A stretch of DNA of 64,000 bases from Thermovirgaceae bacterium. GTDB taxonomy: Bacteria; Synergistota; Synergistia; Synergistales; Thermovirgaceae. Below the pieces are notes generated by a model. The model worked only from the letters and a program-made list of their open reading frames with translations, did not search any database and had not been told where the DNA came from. The position numbers and the translations under genes were made by a program. The stretch lies in NCBI GenBank assembly GCA_040767805.1, contig JAXGNU010000004.1:96001-160000 (forward strand). Direction: 5' to 3'. Positions 1 to 10,023 of this stretch are shown here, piece after piece. Each line of letters starts with the position of its first letter. Position 1 is the stretch's first letter.

Positions 1-1382
1 GCGGGGAGATCCGGTGGCAGGAGTGGACCGACCGGGGGATCTTCGATCCCCGGGGGAACCTGGTCGAGATCCAGTCCATCGGGAGAGACGTGACGGAGCG
101 CAAGAGGACCGAGGAGGCCATGGCCTTCGAGAGGGAATCGCTGGACGCCCTCTTCGGGTACTCCATGGAGGGGATAGTCTTCTGCGATCACGAGCTGACG
201 GTGCTGAAAGCCAACCCCTCCTTTTGCGACATGTTCGGGTACGCCCCCGAAGAGGTCCTGGGGCGGAATATCGACGACCTCGTCGCCGGGGGCACGGAGT
301 ACCTGGAAGAGGCCAGGGGCTTTTCCGCGGCCACGGCCGGGGGGCGCCCCGTCGCGGCCGAGGCGACCCGCAGGAGGAAGGACGGCTCGCTGATCCAGGT
401 CTCCTGCCTGGGCGTACCGTTCCGCCTCTTGGGCGGCAGGAGGTTCGCCTACGGCATCTACCGGGACATCACCGCCCGGAAGGCCGCCGAAAGGGCCTTG
501 AAGGAGAGCGAGGCCAAGTACCGGGAACTCTTCGACTCCATGCCCGTCGGGTTCTACACGTCGACCCCCGAGGGTTACTTCCTCGACGCGAACCCCGCCT
601 TCATCCGCATGCTCGGGTACGAAAGCCTCGAAGAACTCAGGAGGCTCTTCATCCCCACCGACGTCTACGTCAGCGAAGGCGAAAGGGAGATTGCAGGCAA
701 CAAGGGTTGCAGCGAGGAGTTCTTGGACCGTATCGAAAGTTACCGCCTCAAGAGAAAGGACGGGCAGATCATCTGGGTGGAGGACTTCGCCCGCTGCATC
801 AAGGACTGCACCGGCGAGGTCCTTTTCAACCAGGGGCTTTGCAGGGATATCACCGACCGCCTGAGGGCCGAGGAAGAACTGAAAAGGGTCAACCGGGAAC
901 TCTATGTCGCCGCCACCACGGACAGCGCGACGGGCCTCTTCAACCGCAAGTACTTCGACGAGATATTAGGGAGGGAGATCGACCGGTCATCGAGGTACCG
1001 GTCACCCCTGTCGCTGGCCATGATCGACCTCGACAACTTCAAGGCCCTGAACGACACGAAGGGGCACCAGGCCGGCGACAGGGCCCTGCGCGAGATAGCC
1101 CTGGTGATCGGTGAGAATATCCGTTCCTCGGACACGGCGGCCCGCTGGGGAGGGGATGAGTTCGTCCTTTTAACCCCTGTCGACGGCGAAAAGGCGCTCG
1201 CCCTGGCCGCGAAGCTGAGGGGGCTGCTCCTCGGCCTCGACCATGAGGGGTTCGGTCCCGTCACCTGCAGCATCGGCGTGGCGACCTGCCAGGATGGGGA
1301 CGACATCGATTCCCTCGTCAAAAGGGCCGACCTCGCCCTGTACAGGGTGAAAAAAAGGGGAGGCGACGGCGTCTCGTCCTAG
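1..1382 (+). CDS. Multi-PAS diguanylate cyclase (GGDEF), 5'-truncated by the window edge
   Basis: Frame is open from position 3 (GEIRWQEWTDRGIFD...GRDVTERK, a PAC motif). Two more PAS domains follow, then DxxTGLFNR, MIDLDNFKALND and an intact RWGGDEF. Confidence 0.93.
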   Translation, partial: GEIRWQEWTDRGIFDPRGNLVEIQSIGRDVTERKRTEEAMAFERESLDALFGYSMEGIVFCDHELTVLKANPSFCDMFGYAPEEVLGRNIDDLVAGGTEYLEEARGFSAATAGGRPVAAEATRRRKDGSLIQVSCLGVPFRLLGGRRFAYGIYRDITARKAAERALKESEAKYRELFDSMPVGFYTSTPEGYFLDANPAFIRMLGYESLEELRRLFIPTDVYVSEGEREIAGNKGCSEEFLDRIESYRLKRKDGQIIWVEDFARCIKDCTGEVLFNQGLCRDITDRLRAEEELKRVNRELYVAATTDSATGLFNRKYFDEILGREIDRSSRYRSPLSLAMIDLDNFKALNDTKGHQAGDRALREIALVIGENIRSSDTAARWGGDEFVLLTPVDGEKALALAAKLRGLLLGLDHEGFGPVTCSIGVATCQDGDDIDSLVKRADLALYRVKKRGGDGVSS

Positions 1383-1454
1383 GACGGCAGCGTCTGTTCA
1401 TCGGCGGGGTGAAGGGGTAAAATATCAAAAATACGCTCGAAAGAGGTGGTTGGG

Positions 1455-2387
1455 GTGAAAAGGATGAGGCTTTTCGTTCTTGTCGTGATCGTGACCATGG
1501 CTGCCTTCGCCGTCGGCTCGACGGCCTCCGAGGCCAAACCTCGCGTCGCCGTCATAGAATTCCAGGATGCCGCCTCGTCGGGGGCTCCCGCGCGGGCTAT
1601 AACGGACATGCTCGTCACGGAACTCTTCAACACCAACCTCTTCACCGTCATCGAGAGGTCCAGGATCGACTCGATCCTTCTCGAGCACAGCCTGGTGCTG
1701 TCGGGCACGATCGACCCGGCCACCGCCGCCAAGGTGGGCAAACTGCTGGGGGTCGAGTACCTCATCACCGGATCCATCACCGAGTACCGCCACGAAGCGG
1801 CCGGCGGGGTGGTGCCCCTCCCGGGCCTTCCCGGCGGCGTGGCGGTGGGTTCCCACACGGCCTACGTGACCATCGACACCAGGGCCATTCACGCCCAGAC
1901 CGGGGAGATCCGCATGGTGGCCCGTGAGCAGGGTGCCTCGAACCAGACGCTGGGCGGTGTCGCCTACAGCGGCGCCGCCTTCGGCGGGGGCAAGACGGGA
2001 GGGGTCCTGGCCGGCGCGACCCATAAGGCCGTGGTGAAACTGGTGGATAAGTTCAGGGAACTCGCCGCCGCGGCCCCGGCTAGGTCCGTGGAGTTCAACG
2101 TCATCCAGGCCGAGGGTTCCCAGGTCCTGGTGGACGGCGGAAGCGCCAACTCGGGGCTGACGCCCGGGACCTTCCTCGCCGCCTACAGGGAGGGCGCCCT
2201 GATAACCGCCATGGACGGCACGGTGCTCGACGCCGAGAAGGTCTACCTTTCCATCCTCAGCGTGGTGGAGGTCAAGCCCCAGTACAGCGTCTGCTCCATA
2301 ATCAGGGGGATCCCCCTCCAGCGGGGCGACAAGGCGGAGACCCTGGGCGACCGCTCGCCGGAGAGCATCATCCTCGGCTCGAGGTGA
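1455..2387 (+). CDS. CsgG/HfaB-family secreted protein with C-terminal beta domain
   Basis: Signal peptide, then KPRVAVIEF, FTVIERSRIDSIL..E and AAKVGKLLGVEYLITGSIT, typical of the CsgG-like fold. Start is GTG 1455 or ATG 1464. Confidence 0.8.
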   Translation: MKRMRLFVLVVIVTMAAFAVGSTASEAKPRVAVIEFQDAASSGAPARAITDMLVTELFNTNLFTVIERSRIDSILLEHSLVLSGTIDPATAAKVGKLLGVEYLITGSITEYRHEAAGGVVPLPGLPGGVAVGSHTAYVTIDTRAIHAQTGEIRMVAREQGASNQTLGGVAYSGAAFGGGKTGGVLAGATHKAVVKLVDKFRELAAAAPARSVEFNVIQAEGSQVLVDGGSANSGLTPGTFLAAYREGALITAMDGTVLDAEKVYLSILSVVEVKPQYSVCSIIRGIPLQRGDKAETLGDRSPESIILGSR

Positions 2388-2394
2388 CGGGGTG

Positions 2395-2724
2395 CTAGCT
2401 TAGTTTCCCGTGTACGGCCAGCCAGAGGCAGGCCGGGTCCGACGAGGTCGACGCCACCCGGTGCACCCTTCGGGCCGGTATGAAGAGCCAGTCACCGGCC
2501 CGAAGGTCGACTCTGGAGGAATCTTCGTATTCCAGGGTCGCCTCGCCCTGCAAAAGCGCCACCCACTCGTCGTCATCCTGGTCAAGCCAGGTGCCGGGCG
2601 GCGTCGCCTGCCCCGACGACAAGATTCTCTCTATCCTCACCGAAGGGCCCGCCAGGAGATCCTCGAAGACCTCCCCGTCGGGGAGCGCCTCCGGTACGAA
2701 AAACAGGTTGCCTGAAGGATCCAT
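2395..2724 (-). CDS. Cupin domain protein
   Basis: VRIERILSSGQATPPG.WLDQ..DEWV.LLQGEA and GD..FIPA...HRV motifs; GGAGG before ATG 2724. Confidence 0.85.
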   Translation of the reverse strand: MDPSGNLFFVPEALPDGEVFEDLLAGPSVRIERILSSGQATPPGTWLDQDDDEWVALLQGEATLEYEDSSRVDLRAGDWLFIPARRVHRVASTSSDPACLWLAVHGKLS

Positions 2725-2884
2725 TGTGTCCACCTCCCAGCGTCAAGGGTTTTCAGCCAAGGCTCACCCGGAATATACGCTATAGGGCCCCTCGCCGAGG
2801 GTCGGGCGCTTCATTTGTCGGTGCCGCTGGTATATCATGGCCTTCAGGGGGGCGCGAAGGTCCAGGCGAGGGAGGCGAGGAATC

Positions 2885-3532
2885 ATGTGCAGGATGCTGC
2901 TGGCGAACAGGTCGGGCATATCCAGGCTTGTCGAGAGGCTTTCGGAATTCCCCAACTGCAATACCCTGGCCGCTTTCCTCAAGGGCCTCGACCTCCGGCA
3001 CGGGGGCCACGGGGGCGGCGTGGCGCTTTACGGCGACGGGTCGGTCCTCCATTACGAGAAGGGCGTCGACATGCAGCCCGAGCGCGCCGCGGCCGTACTG
3101 GAGGGGCGCGACTACGAGTGGGCCGTCTTCCACGCCAGGGAGGCCAGCGTCGGCTCCGTCAGCGATGAGAACTGCCACCCCTTCGTCATCGAGGGACGGC
3201 ATCACCTGGTCCTCGCCGCGAACGGGAACGAGAGCGCTTTGGCGGCCCTGGGGCGCCTCATCGGCGACAGGACCGACAGCGAGTTCGTTGCGAGGATGAT
3301 CGTGGACATGGACCTCCCCTTCCCGCTGGCCCTGTCCTGCTTCAACTCTAACTTCGTCGGCCTTTACGACGGCCGGCCCTTCGCGAAGAAGGGCGACCGG
3401 CAACTGCTCAAGTACCAGGCGGAACGGGACATCGTCTTCGCCAGCGACCTACCCTTCGGGCTGACGGGCATTACCAGGCCGGGACAGAACTACTGCTGGT
3501 TCGACTGGGAAGAGTCGGTGCTGCCCGGCTGA
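2885..3532 (+). CDS. Class II glutamine amidotransferase-like Ntn hydrolase (YafJ/EgtC-like)
   Basis: Starts MCRML (Cys2 nucleophile); H.R.AS.G...ENCHPF and TDSE motifs. Confidence 0.8.
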   Translation: MCRMLLANRSGISRLVERLSEFPNCNTLAAFLKGLDLRHGGHGGGVALYGDGSVLHYEKGVDMQPERAAAVLEGRDYEWAVFHAREASVGSVSDENCHPFVIEGRHHLVLAANGNESALAALGRLIGDRTDSEFVARMIVDMDLPFPLALSCFNSNFVGLYDGRPFAKKGDRQLLKYQAERDIVFASDLPFGLTGITRPGQNYCWFDWEESVLPG

Positions 3533-3549
3533 GCCCGAAAGGAGGCGCC

Positions 3550-4584
3550 ATGGGCAAGATCACTGTCTACGGAGCAGGAAGCTGGGGCACCGCCGCCGCC
3601 GACCTCCTCGCCCGGGGGGGGCACCAGGCGACCCTCTGGTGCAGGAGGCCGGAACAGGCGCGGGCCATGAACGCCACGGGGAGAAACCCCGACTACCTCA
3701 AGCGTACCGATCTCAGCCCCGCCCTCTCGGTCACGGCGGACCTCGAAGAGGCCGCGGCCTCCTCCCATTACCACGTCGCCGCCGTGCCCACCCAGTCGGT
3801 GAGGGAGTTCCTTTCGAGGGCGGCGAGGTATTGGCCCCGGGACGTCAGGGTATGCAACCTGGCGAAGGGGATAGAGATCGCGTCGGGCGACAGGATAAGC
3901 CAGGTCGTCGCCGAGACCCTCCCCCGTTCCAGGTACTCCGTCCTCTCGGGCCCGAGCCACGCCGAAGAGGTCGCCGAGGGCAAGCCGGCCGCCGTGGTGG
4001 CCGCCTCCTCCATCCCCGGCGAGGCGGAACTCTGGCAGGGGATTTTCTCAGGGAGGTTTTTCCGGGTCTATACCAGTGACGACGTCGTCGGCGTGGAGAT
4101 AGGGGGGGCGGTCAAGAACGTCATCGCCATCGCCGCCGGGATAGCAGCCTCCAGGGAGATGGGCCACAACGCCCTGGCGGCGCTGGTGTGCAGGGGCCTC
4201 GCGGAGGTGATGAGGCTGGGCGCGAAGCTTGGGGCGCACCCCCTTACGCTGGCCGGGCTTGCCGGGGTGGGCGACCTGATGGTGACCTGCTTCAGCGGCC
4301 TCTCGCGAAACTACAGGCTGGGCCTGGCCGTAGGCGGGGGGATGACCCTGTCGCGGGCCCTGGACTCCCTTGGCCAGGTGGCCGAGGGAGCTTATACCGT
4401 GGACGCCCTGGTGAAGAACGCCCGCAGGATCGACATCGAACTGCCCCTCACCGAGGCGGTGCACCGCATCCTCTACGAGGGGGTCTCACCGGAGAGCATG
4501 GTGGGATCCCTTTTCGACCGCGAACTGAAACCGGAACTGCCGCCGGAGATGTACTGGGGAAGGGGGAAGGACAGGGGCGCCTAG
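3550..4584 (+). CDS. gpsA: NAD(P)H-dependent glycerol-3-phosphate dehydrogenase
   Basis: GAGSWGTA, KGIE, SGPSHAEEV, GGAVKNVIAIAAG and GLAGVGDL..TC.S..SRN motifs. Confidence 0.97.
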   Translation: MGKITVYGAGSWGTAAADLLARGGHQATLWCRRPEQARAMNATGRNPDYLKRTDLSPALSVTADLEEAAASSHYHVAAVPTQSVREFLSRAARYWPRDVRVCNLAKGIEIASGDRISQVVAETLPRSRYSVLSGPSHAEEVAEGKPAAVVAASSIPGEAELWQGIFSGRFFRVYTSDDVVGVEIGGAVKNVIAIAAGIAASREMGHNALAALVCRGLAEVMRLGAKLGAHPLTLAGLAGVGDLMVTCFSGLSRNYRLGLAVGGGMTLSRALDSLGQVAEGAYTVDALVKNARRIDIELPLTEAVHRILYEGVSPESMVGSLFDRELKPELPPEMYWGRGKDRGA

Positions 4585-5108
4585 GGTTCGGCGATCCTGA
4601 AATCCTCGCCAAGCCAGGAAGTCATGGCCCAGGCTATCAGGATCAGGAGCGGTATCGAGACGGCGTAGCGGACGATGGTGAAACCTATCCCCAGGAAAGA
4701 AGCCTCGAAGACCGTCATGGGGATCCTGCAGATCATGGAGGCGTTGAGGAAGGTCAGGATCACCTTCATGGAGGCCCCCTTCTTCTGGAGGACCAGGCAG
4801 AGGGGCAGGGCGACGAAAAGACCGCCCACTATGGTTCCCGCCAGCACGATGGCCCAGAAGTAACCCTGGACTCCCGACTCGCTCCCCATGTGTTTTTCCA
4901 CGGTCTCCCGCTTCACCCAGGAATGGAACAGCCCCACCAGGAGAAAGGTCGGCGGCAGGAGGCCCGCCATCGTCCGGGCGAAGGCCAGGAAGTCGGTGCC
5001 GCACTTTATGCCGGGCGCAAAACGGATAAGCGCCGAGAGAGCGACGAAGGCGGCGAAAGCCAGGAACAAAACGGCCCAGAAAGGCAAGGAAGACCTCTTC
5101 CCGTTCAT
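4581..5108 (-). CDS. Predicted permease (DUF318/ArsP-like), second half-protein
   Basis: Hydrophobic; VEKHMGSESG, L.KKGAS and FEASFLGIGFT..R. ATG 5108 overlaps the upstream gene's stop. Confidence 0.75.
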   Translation of the reverse strand: MNGKRSSLPFWAVLFLAFAAFVALSALIRFAPGIKCGTDFLAFARTMAGLLPPTFLLVGLFHSWVKRETVEKHMGSESGVQGYFWAIVLAGTIVGGLFVALPLCLVLQKKGASMKVILTFLNASMICRIPMTVFEASFLGIGFTIVRYAVSIPLLILIAWAMTSWLGEDFRIAEP

Positions 5109-5587
5109 GGCAACTCCCCGAAGAAGCACCCGATGGCCACGGAAACGACCAGGGCCATCGCCAGCCCGGCGAGGTTCCTGACCAGGGCGGCCCTGAAACC
5201 GAGGTACTCCCTCTCCAGGGGGAAGGTCACCACGCCGACCATCATGAGGGTCGTGGTGAAAGCCGCTATCACCGTGTAGGGTACGCCTTTGCCGAGGAGG
5301 ATGGCCGACAGGGGGAAGGCCACGGAACTGGGTATGGCGGCGATGGAACCGGCCACCGCCCCGGTGACGCTCCCGACGAGGAGCCCCCTGCCGACGAGCA
5401 GTTCGAGAAGGACCTCTTCGCTGATGAGCCCCAGGCTGAGGGACGTGAACACCAGGACGATCACGAACATGGGGAGGACTTCCCTGAAGAGAGTCCAGGC
5501 CAGCCGGGCGGCTTCCAGGGTCCTCTCCCGGTTCACGAACCACGATGCCGAAAAAAGAGCCGCCATCAGCACCCACGCCACTACCAT
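5105..5587 (-). CDS. Predicted permease (DUF318/ArsP-like), first half-protein
   Basis: Hydrophobic; AFPL...LL.KG and TFPLE..YLG....LVRN; GGAAGG RBS. Confidence 0.75.
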   Translation of the reverse strand: MVVAWVLMAALFSASWFVNRERTLEAARLAWTLFREVLPMFVIVLVFTSLSLGLISEEVLLELLVGRGLLVGSVTGAVAGSIAAIPSSVAFPLSAILLGKGVPYTVIAAFTTTLMMVGVVTFPLEREYLGFRAALVRNLAGLAMALVVSVAIGCFFGELP

Positions 5588-5740
5588 GCCTTCCGCTCCC
5601 CCCTTTTACCCCGGCCTTGACGTCATTTCCGACCCGCCCGGGCCACCAGTATACCGAAAAAACCCTACAGGGGACGACCCGGCATGGGATGTCCCGGGGG
5701 CGGCATCGGTGCCGCTGTGAAGTGATACAATGCGGGAAAG

Positions 5741-6907
5741 GTGGTGAGACCCCTGCAGGAAGCGATCCTGGCCGCCCTTCGCGCCGCGTCGAGGTTCACC
5801 GAAAGGGGGCACGAAGCGGTCGTGGTCGGCGGGGCTGTACGCGACCTCTTGCTCGGCCGGGGATCGGCCGAGGCCGACCTGGCGACTTCGGCCCCCCTGG
5901 ACCAGGTCCTGGAGCTGTGGCCCGGGGCCCCCGTCGTGGGACGCCCCCCGGCCGCCACGGTCATAGCCCGCTCCGGCGAACACCGGGTGGACATTTCCTG
6001 TTTCCAGGGGGGAGGCCTGCAGGAGGACCTGGGGCGGAGGGACCTCACCGTCAACGCCATGGCGGTAACCGTCGACGGCACCTTCCTGGACCCCTGGGGG
6101 GGGATGGCTGACCTGGCGAAGGGGCTGCTGCGCTTCACCGGCGACCCCCTCGAGAGGCTGGCTTCCGACCCCCTGAGGGCCGTGAGGCTCGCCCGGTTCG
6201 CCGCCGAACTGCCCACCTTCATGGTCGATCCCGCCTCCCGCGAGGCCTGCCGAGGGTTCGCCTCCCGGGTCGCCTCGATGCCGCCGCCCCGCGTCGGCAG
6301 GGAGACCCTGAAGGCCCTGGACGGGGACCTGCCCACTTTCCTGGGCAGCCTCGAGCGGCAGGGCATCATCGCTTCGGTCTTGCCCTTTTGGGGGCGGATT
6401 CCCCCCGGCCGAAAGGCCGCAGCGCTGGAGCGGGTACGCAGGGCGTGCTCCCTAACGGGCGACCGGGCTGTCAGGGCGGCATGCCTGCTCGCCGATGCCG
6501 ACCCTGGCGTCGGCGCGATGGTCTCCGCCTGGGGCTGGCCGAAAGGGCTGGCCAAGGAGACGGGGAACCTCGTGAGGTACCGCTCCCTCGCCCTCCGGGG
6601 CGGCGGAGCCGGCGAATGGGCCGCCCTTTTCAGGTCCCGGGGGGCGCCCTGGCTTGGAAAGCTCCTACTGTTCGGGTATATTTTCGGCCTGGAAAGCGGT
6701 CCCTTGACCGTGGAACCGGCGGCGTACATGCTGCGCCTCCAGGCCTTTGGGCGCAGGGTCACCGGCGAGGAAGTGATGGCCCTCACGGGCCTCGAGAAGG
6801 GGCCGCGGGTCGGCGCGATCCTCGCCGGCCTCGACGAGGCGATAGCCCTGAAGGAGGTCAAGGACCGGCGACAGGCCCTGGGCTGGATCCTTTCCCACCT
6901 TCCCTAA
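5741..6907 (+). CDS. Class II tRNA nucleotidyltransferase (CCA/CC-adding, poly(A) polymerase family)
   Basis: VVVGGAVRDLLLG, EDLGRRDLTVNAMA, DPWGG..DL and DPLR..R..RF motifs. Confidence 0.88.
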   Translation: MVRPLQEAILAALRAASRFTERGHEAVVVGGAVRDLLLGRGSAEADLATSAPLDQVLELWPGAPVVGRPPAATVIARSGEHRVDISCFQGGGLQEDLGRRDLTVNAMAVTVDGTFLDPWGGMADLAKGLLRFTGDPLERLASDPLRAVRLARFAAELPTFMVDPASREACRGFASRVASMPPPRVGRETLKALDGDLPTFLGSLERQGIIASVLPFWGRIPPGRKAAALERVRRACSLTGDRAVRAACLLADADPGVGAMVSAWGWPKGLAKETGNLVRYRSLALRGGGAGEWAALFRSRGAPWLGKLLLFGYIFGLESGPLTVEPAAYMLRLQAFGRRVTGEEVMALTGLEKGPRVGAILAGLDEAIALKEVKDRRQALGWILSHLP

Positions 6908-6969
6908 ATCCCGGTGAGATAGTATCCTTATAGCACGGCTGGAAATGATATTTTAAACAGGAGGTCCCG

Positions 6970-8082
6970 ATGGACCAGTCAGAGATGGGCAAAGCGGCGG
7001 CGGAATTCAGCAAGCAGCAACGGAGGCGCAAGATAGCGACCTGCTTCGTGCTTTCAGGCTGGTACGCGACGATGTTCATCACCGACAACCTCTTCGGGTA
7101 CCACCCCGCGGGGCGGGTCGACGGCGCCTTGACCCTTGTCTTTTTCGCCTGCGCCTTCGGCACGGCCTTCATGACCTCCTCGAAGAAGCGGTCCTTGCTG
7201 GGGTTGTCGGCCATAGCCGGGCTGCTCCTCATTTCCTCCACGCCGCTCCTTTACACCGTGCTGGGCATCCCCGTGAGCATACTGCTCCTGCGCCACGCCA
7301 TGACCCTCTTCTTCTGCGTCCTGGTAGCCCCCTATTTTCTCAAGCCCAGGGGGTTCGCCTTCTTCCTGGTCCTCCTTTACAACGCCCTGTGCTTCTACTA
7401 CCCCGTCCTCCGCACGAGGGAACTGGACGAGACCATGGTCTACGTGATTGTTACCTACTCCTTCTCCCTCCTATTCGCCTACTTCTTCCTGGACATCCTG
7501 AGGATGAACCTGGACCATGTCTCCTCCCTCATCGCCGCGAAAAGGGACGCCGAGGACAGGGCGCTCAGGGACGACCTCACGGGGGTCTACAACAGGAGGT
7601 ACTGCGACAACCTCCTCCGGGTGCTCATCGAGAACGAGACCGAAAAGGCACTCCTTTTCATCGACCTCGACGACTACCAGGGCGTGTACCAGGCCCATGG
7701 CCACATGGTGGGTGACGCCTACCTCAAGAGGTCGGCCGAGGCCATATCGGAGTCGATCAGGTCAGGCGACGTCGTCTCGCGCTTCAGCGGGAACCAGTTC
7801 GTGGTGGTCCTCGACAGCGATGACCTCGCCCTGGCCGAGACGGTGGCCAGGAGGATCATCAAGGCCGTCGAGAACGTGATCCCCGAATTCGGGGGCATCT
7901 CCGTGGGTGTGACCAAGATCATCCCCGGGATAACCCAGCAGGCCGTACTGGTCAACGCCGACACGGCCCTCTACCGGTCGAAGCGTTCGCACCTGGTGGG
8001 CATCTCCATCGTGGATCCCGCCAACCCCCGGATCGAGCCGGAACTCTGGCCCGAAACGGACATGACCCCCCAGGAAAGATGA
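6970..8082 (+). CDS. Membrane-bound GGDEF-domain protein with degenerate active site
   Basis: About 6 TM segments, then DDLTGVYNRR and FIDLDDY; the active site reads RFSGNQF. Confidence 0.85.
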   Translation: MDQSEMGKAAAEFSKQQRRRKIATCFVLSGWYATMFITDNLFGYHPAGRVDGALTLVFFACAFGTAFMTSSKKRSLLGLSAIAGLLLISSTPLLYTVLGIPVSILLLRHAMTLFFCVLVAPYFLKPRGFAFFLVLLYNALCFYYPVLRTRELDETMVYVIVTYSFSLLFAYFFLDILRMNLDHVSSLIAAKRDAEDRALRDDLTGVYNRRYCDNLLRVLIENETEKALLFIDLDDYQGVYQAHGHMVGDAYLKRSAEAISESIRSGDVVSRFSGNQFVVVLDSDDLALAETVARRIIKAVENVIPEFGGISVGVTKIIPGITQQAVLVNADTALYRSKRSHLVGISIVDPANPRIEPELWPETDMTPQER

Positions 8083-8084
8083 TG

Positions 8085-8109
8085 AGAGGGGCCCCGGGAG
8101 GGCCCCTCT
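8085..8109 (+). terminator. GC-rich hairpin after the GGDEF gene
   Basis: AGAGGGGCCC-cggga-GGGCCCCTCT, a perfect 10-bp stem directly after the stop; weak U tail. Confidence 0.55.
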
Positions 8110-8264
8110 TCAGTCAGGGCAGGGGCGCCCGGCCCGAGGTGAAAAGACCCCGGAGGAGCTTCCCCACCCACAGGATGGCCGAGGCCACGGCCTTGAAAAG
8201 GATTCACACGGCCTTCACCTGCCTCGTGTCAACGATACCATGAAAAGAACCGGGGAGGTAAGCC

Positions 8265-8786
8265 ATGGGTGACGGGGCTCTTGAAGTCATCCTCTCCAGG
8301 AGGAGCATCAGGAAATACACCGACAGGGCCGTCGAAGAGGGGTCCCTCGAGTTGCTCCTGCGCGCCGCGATGAGCGCCCCGAGCGCCCATGACCAGCGAC
8401 CCTGGGAGTTCGTCGTCATCGACGACAGGGAGACCCTGCAGGCCGTCACGGTGTTCCACCCCTATTCCAGGATGCTCCACAAGGCCCCCGTGGCGATAAC
8501 CGTTTGCGGCCGTACCACCGGGATCCAGACGCCGGACTTCTGGCCCCAGGATTGCGCCGCGGCGACGATGAACATCCTGACGGCGGCCAGGGCCCTGGGG
8601 ATAGGATCGGTGTGGCTCGGCGTCTACCCCATAGGATACCTGGTCGAGGGAGTGAGCTCACTGCTGGGCCTCCCGGGGGAGATCACGCCCTTTTCAATAG
8701 TATCCCTGGGGTACCCCGCCGAGGAAAAGGGACCCTCCGAGCGATACGATCCAGCCAGGGTTCACAGGAACCGGTGGCGGGGATAA
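8265..8786 (+). CDS. Nitroreductase family protein
   Basis: RRSIRKY, APSA..QRPWEFVV, QDCAAA..NI..AA..LGIGSVW and LGYPAE motifs. Confidence 0.93.
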   Translation: MGDGALEVILSRRSIRKYTDRAVEEGSLELLLRAAMSAPSAHDQRPWEFVVIDDRETLQAVTVFHPYSRMLHKAPVAITVCGRTTGIQTPDFWPQDCAAATMNILTAARALGIGSVWLGVYPIGYLVEGVSSLLGLPGEITPFSIVSLGYPAEEKGPSERYDPARVHRNRWRG

Positions 8787-8853
8787 AGGGGGGCTGGCCA
8801 TTCCTAGGGGTGGGACCGCCGGGGCAGGCCGGCCTCTTTTTCTAGACCCCAAC

Positions 8854-9996
8854 TTGAACATCGTCTTCGGCGTCACGTTGATCTCGGTCCTGGGCGTGGC
8901 GAGCGTCACCCCGGCTTTCCCTGAATTGACCCGCGTCCTGGGAGTTAACCAGGAGGACGCGGCGTGGCTCATTTCGGCCTTCACGATACCGGGGCTCCTC
9001 TTCACACCCCTCGTGGGGCTCCTCTCCGACCGCTACGGCAGGAGGTGGGTCCTGATCCCGTGCCTCTTCCTTTTCGGCGCGGCGGGGGGTGCCTGCTTTT
9101 TCGCTCGGGGCTTCGGCACCCTGGTGACCCTCAGGTTCCTCCAGGGGATCGGGTCGGCGCCGCTCAACGTGCTGAACGCGGCCCTGATCGGCGACCTTTT
9201 CAAGGGCGACGACAGGCCGGCGGCGATGGGGTACAACACGAGCATGATAGGGGTGGGCACCGCCCTGTACCCCGCCCTCGGCGGCCTGCTAGCCATGGTC
9301 GGCTGGAACTACCCCTTCCTCCTCGCCCTCCTGGCCCTCCCCGTGGGCGCCTGGGCGTACCTGGGGCTTGAGGAGGGGAAAAGGTTCCCGGCGGGGAGCC
9401 CGTCGGCGGGGCGCCCCTCGCTCCGGGCGGGGCTCACCGGCAAGGGGATCCCCCTGCTGCTTTTTGCCACGATGATGGCCTTCGTGATCCAGTTCGGCGG
9501 GTTCATCACCTTCCTCCCCTTCTTCCTGGAATCAGGCTACGGCGCCACTCCCTTGACGATAGGGATGATCTCGGCCGTCATGTCCATCGCCGGGGCTGTC
9601 ACCTCGTCGAGGGCGGGGTGGCTCTCGGCCCGTTTCAGCCGCCGCTCCCTGGTGACGGCGGCCTTCGCCATGTACGGCTTCGCGCTCCTGTTCCTCCTCC
9701 GCGCGCCGGGCTGCTGCGGCATGTTGATACCGGCGGCTCTCTTCGGCATGGGGCAGGGCATCAACATCCCGAACCTGCTCACCGCCCTCACCGACAGGGC
9801 TCCCGAGGAGAACCGTGCCGTGGTCCTGTCCCTGAACAGCCTCTCCCTGAGGCTGGGGCAGACCCTGGGCCCTCCCCTTTTCGGGGCGATCTTCGCCTCC
9901 AGGGGCGTCGAAGCGGTCTTCACCGCCGGGGCGGTCCTGGCGGCGGCCATGGCGGTGGTGATCTTCACCTTCCTGGGAGAGGGCGAAAAAGCCTGA
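8854..9996 (+). CDS. MFS transporter (DHA-like)
   Basis: 12 TM pattern; GLLSDRYGRR motif A; LRFLQGIG. The true start may lie upstream (frame open to about 8794). Confidence 0.9.
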   Translation: MNIVFGVTLISVLGVASVTPAFPELTRVLGVNQEDAAWLISAFTIPGLLFTPLVGLLSDRYGRRWVLIPCLFLFGAAGGACFFARGFGTLVTLRFLQGIGSAPLNVLNAALIGDLFKGDDRPAAMGYNTSMIGVGTALYPALGGLLAMVGWNYPFLLALLALPVGAWAYLGLEEGKRFPAGSPSAGRPSLRAGLTGKGIPLLLFATMMAFVIQFGGFITFLPFFLESGYGATPLTIGMISAVMSIAGAVTSSRAGWLSARFSRRSLVTAAFAMYGFALLFLLRAPGCCGMLIPAALFGMGQGINIPNLLTALTDRAPEENRAVVLSLNSLSLRLGQTLGPPLFGAIFASRGVEAVFTAGAVLAAAMAVVIFTFLGEGEKA

Positions 9997-10023
9997 CTGG
10001 CCGTCTCTTTCCCTCAAGAAAAA

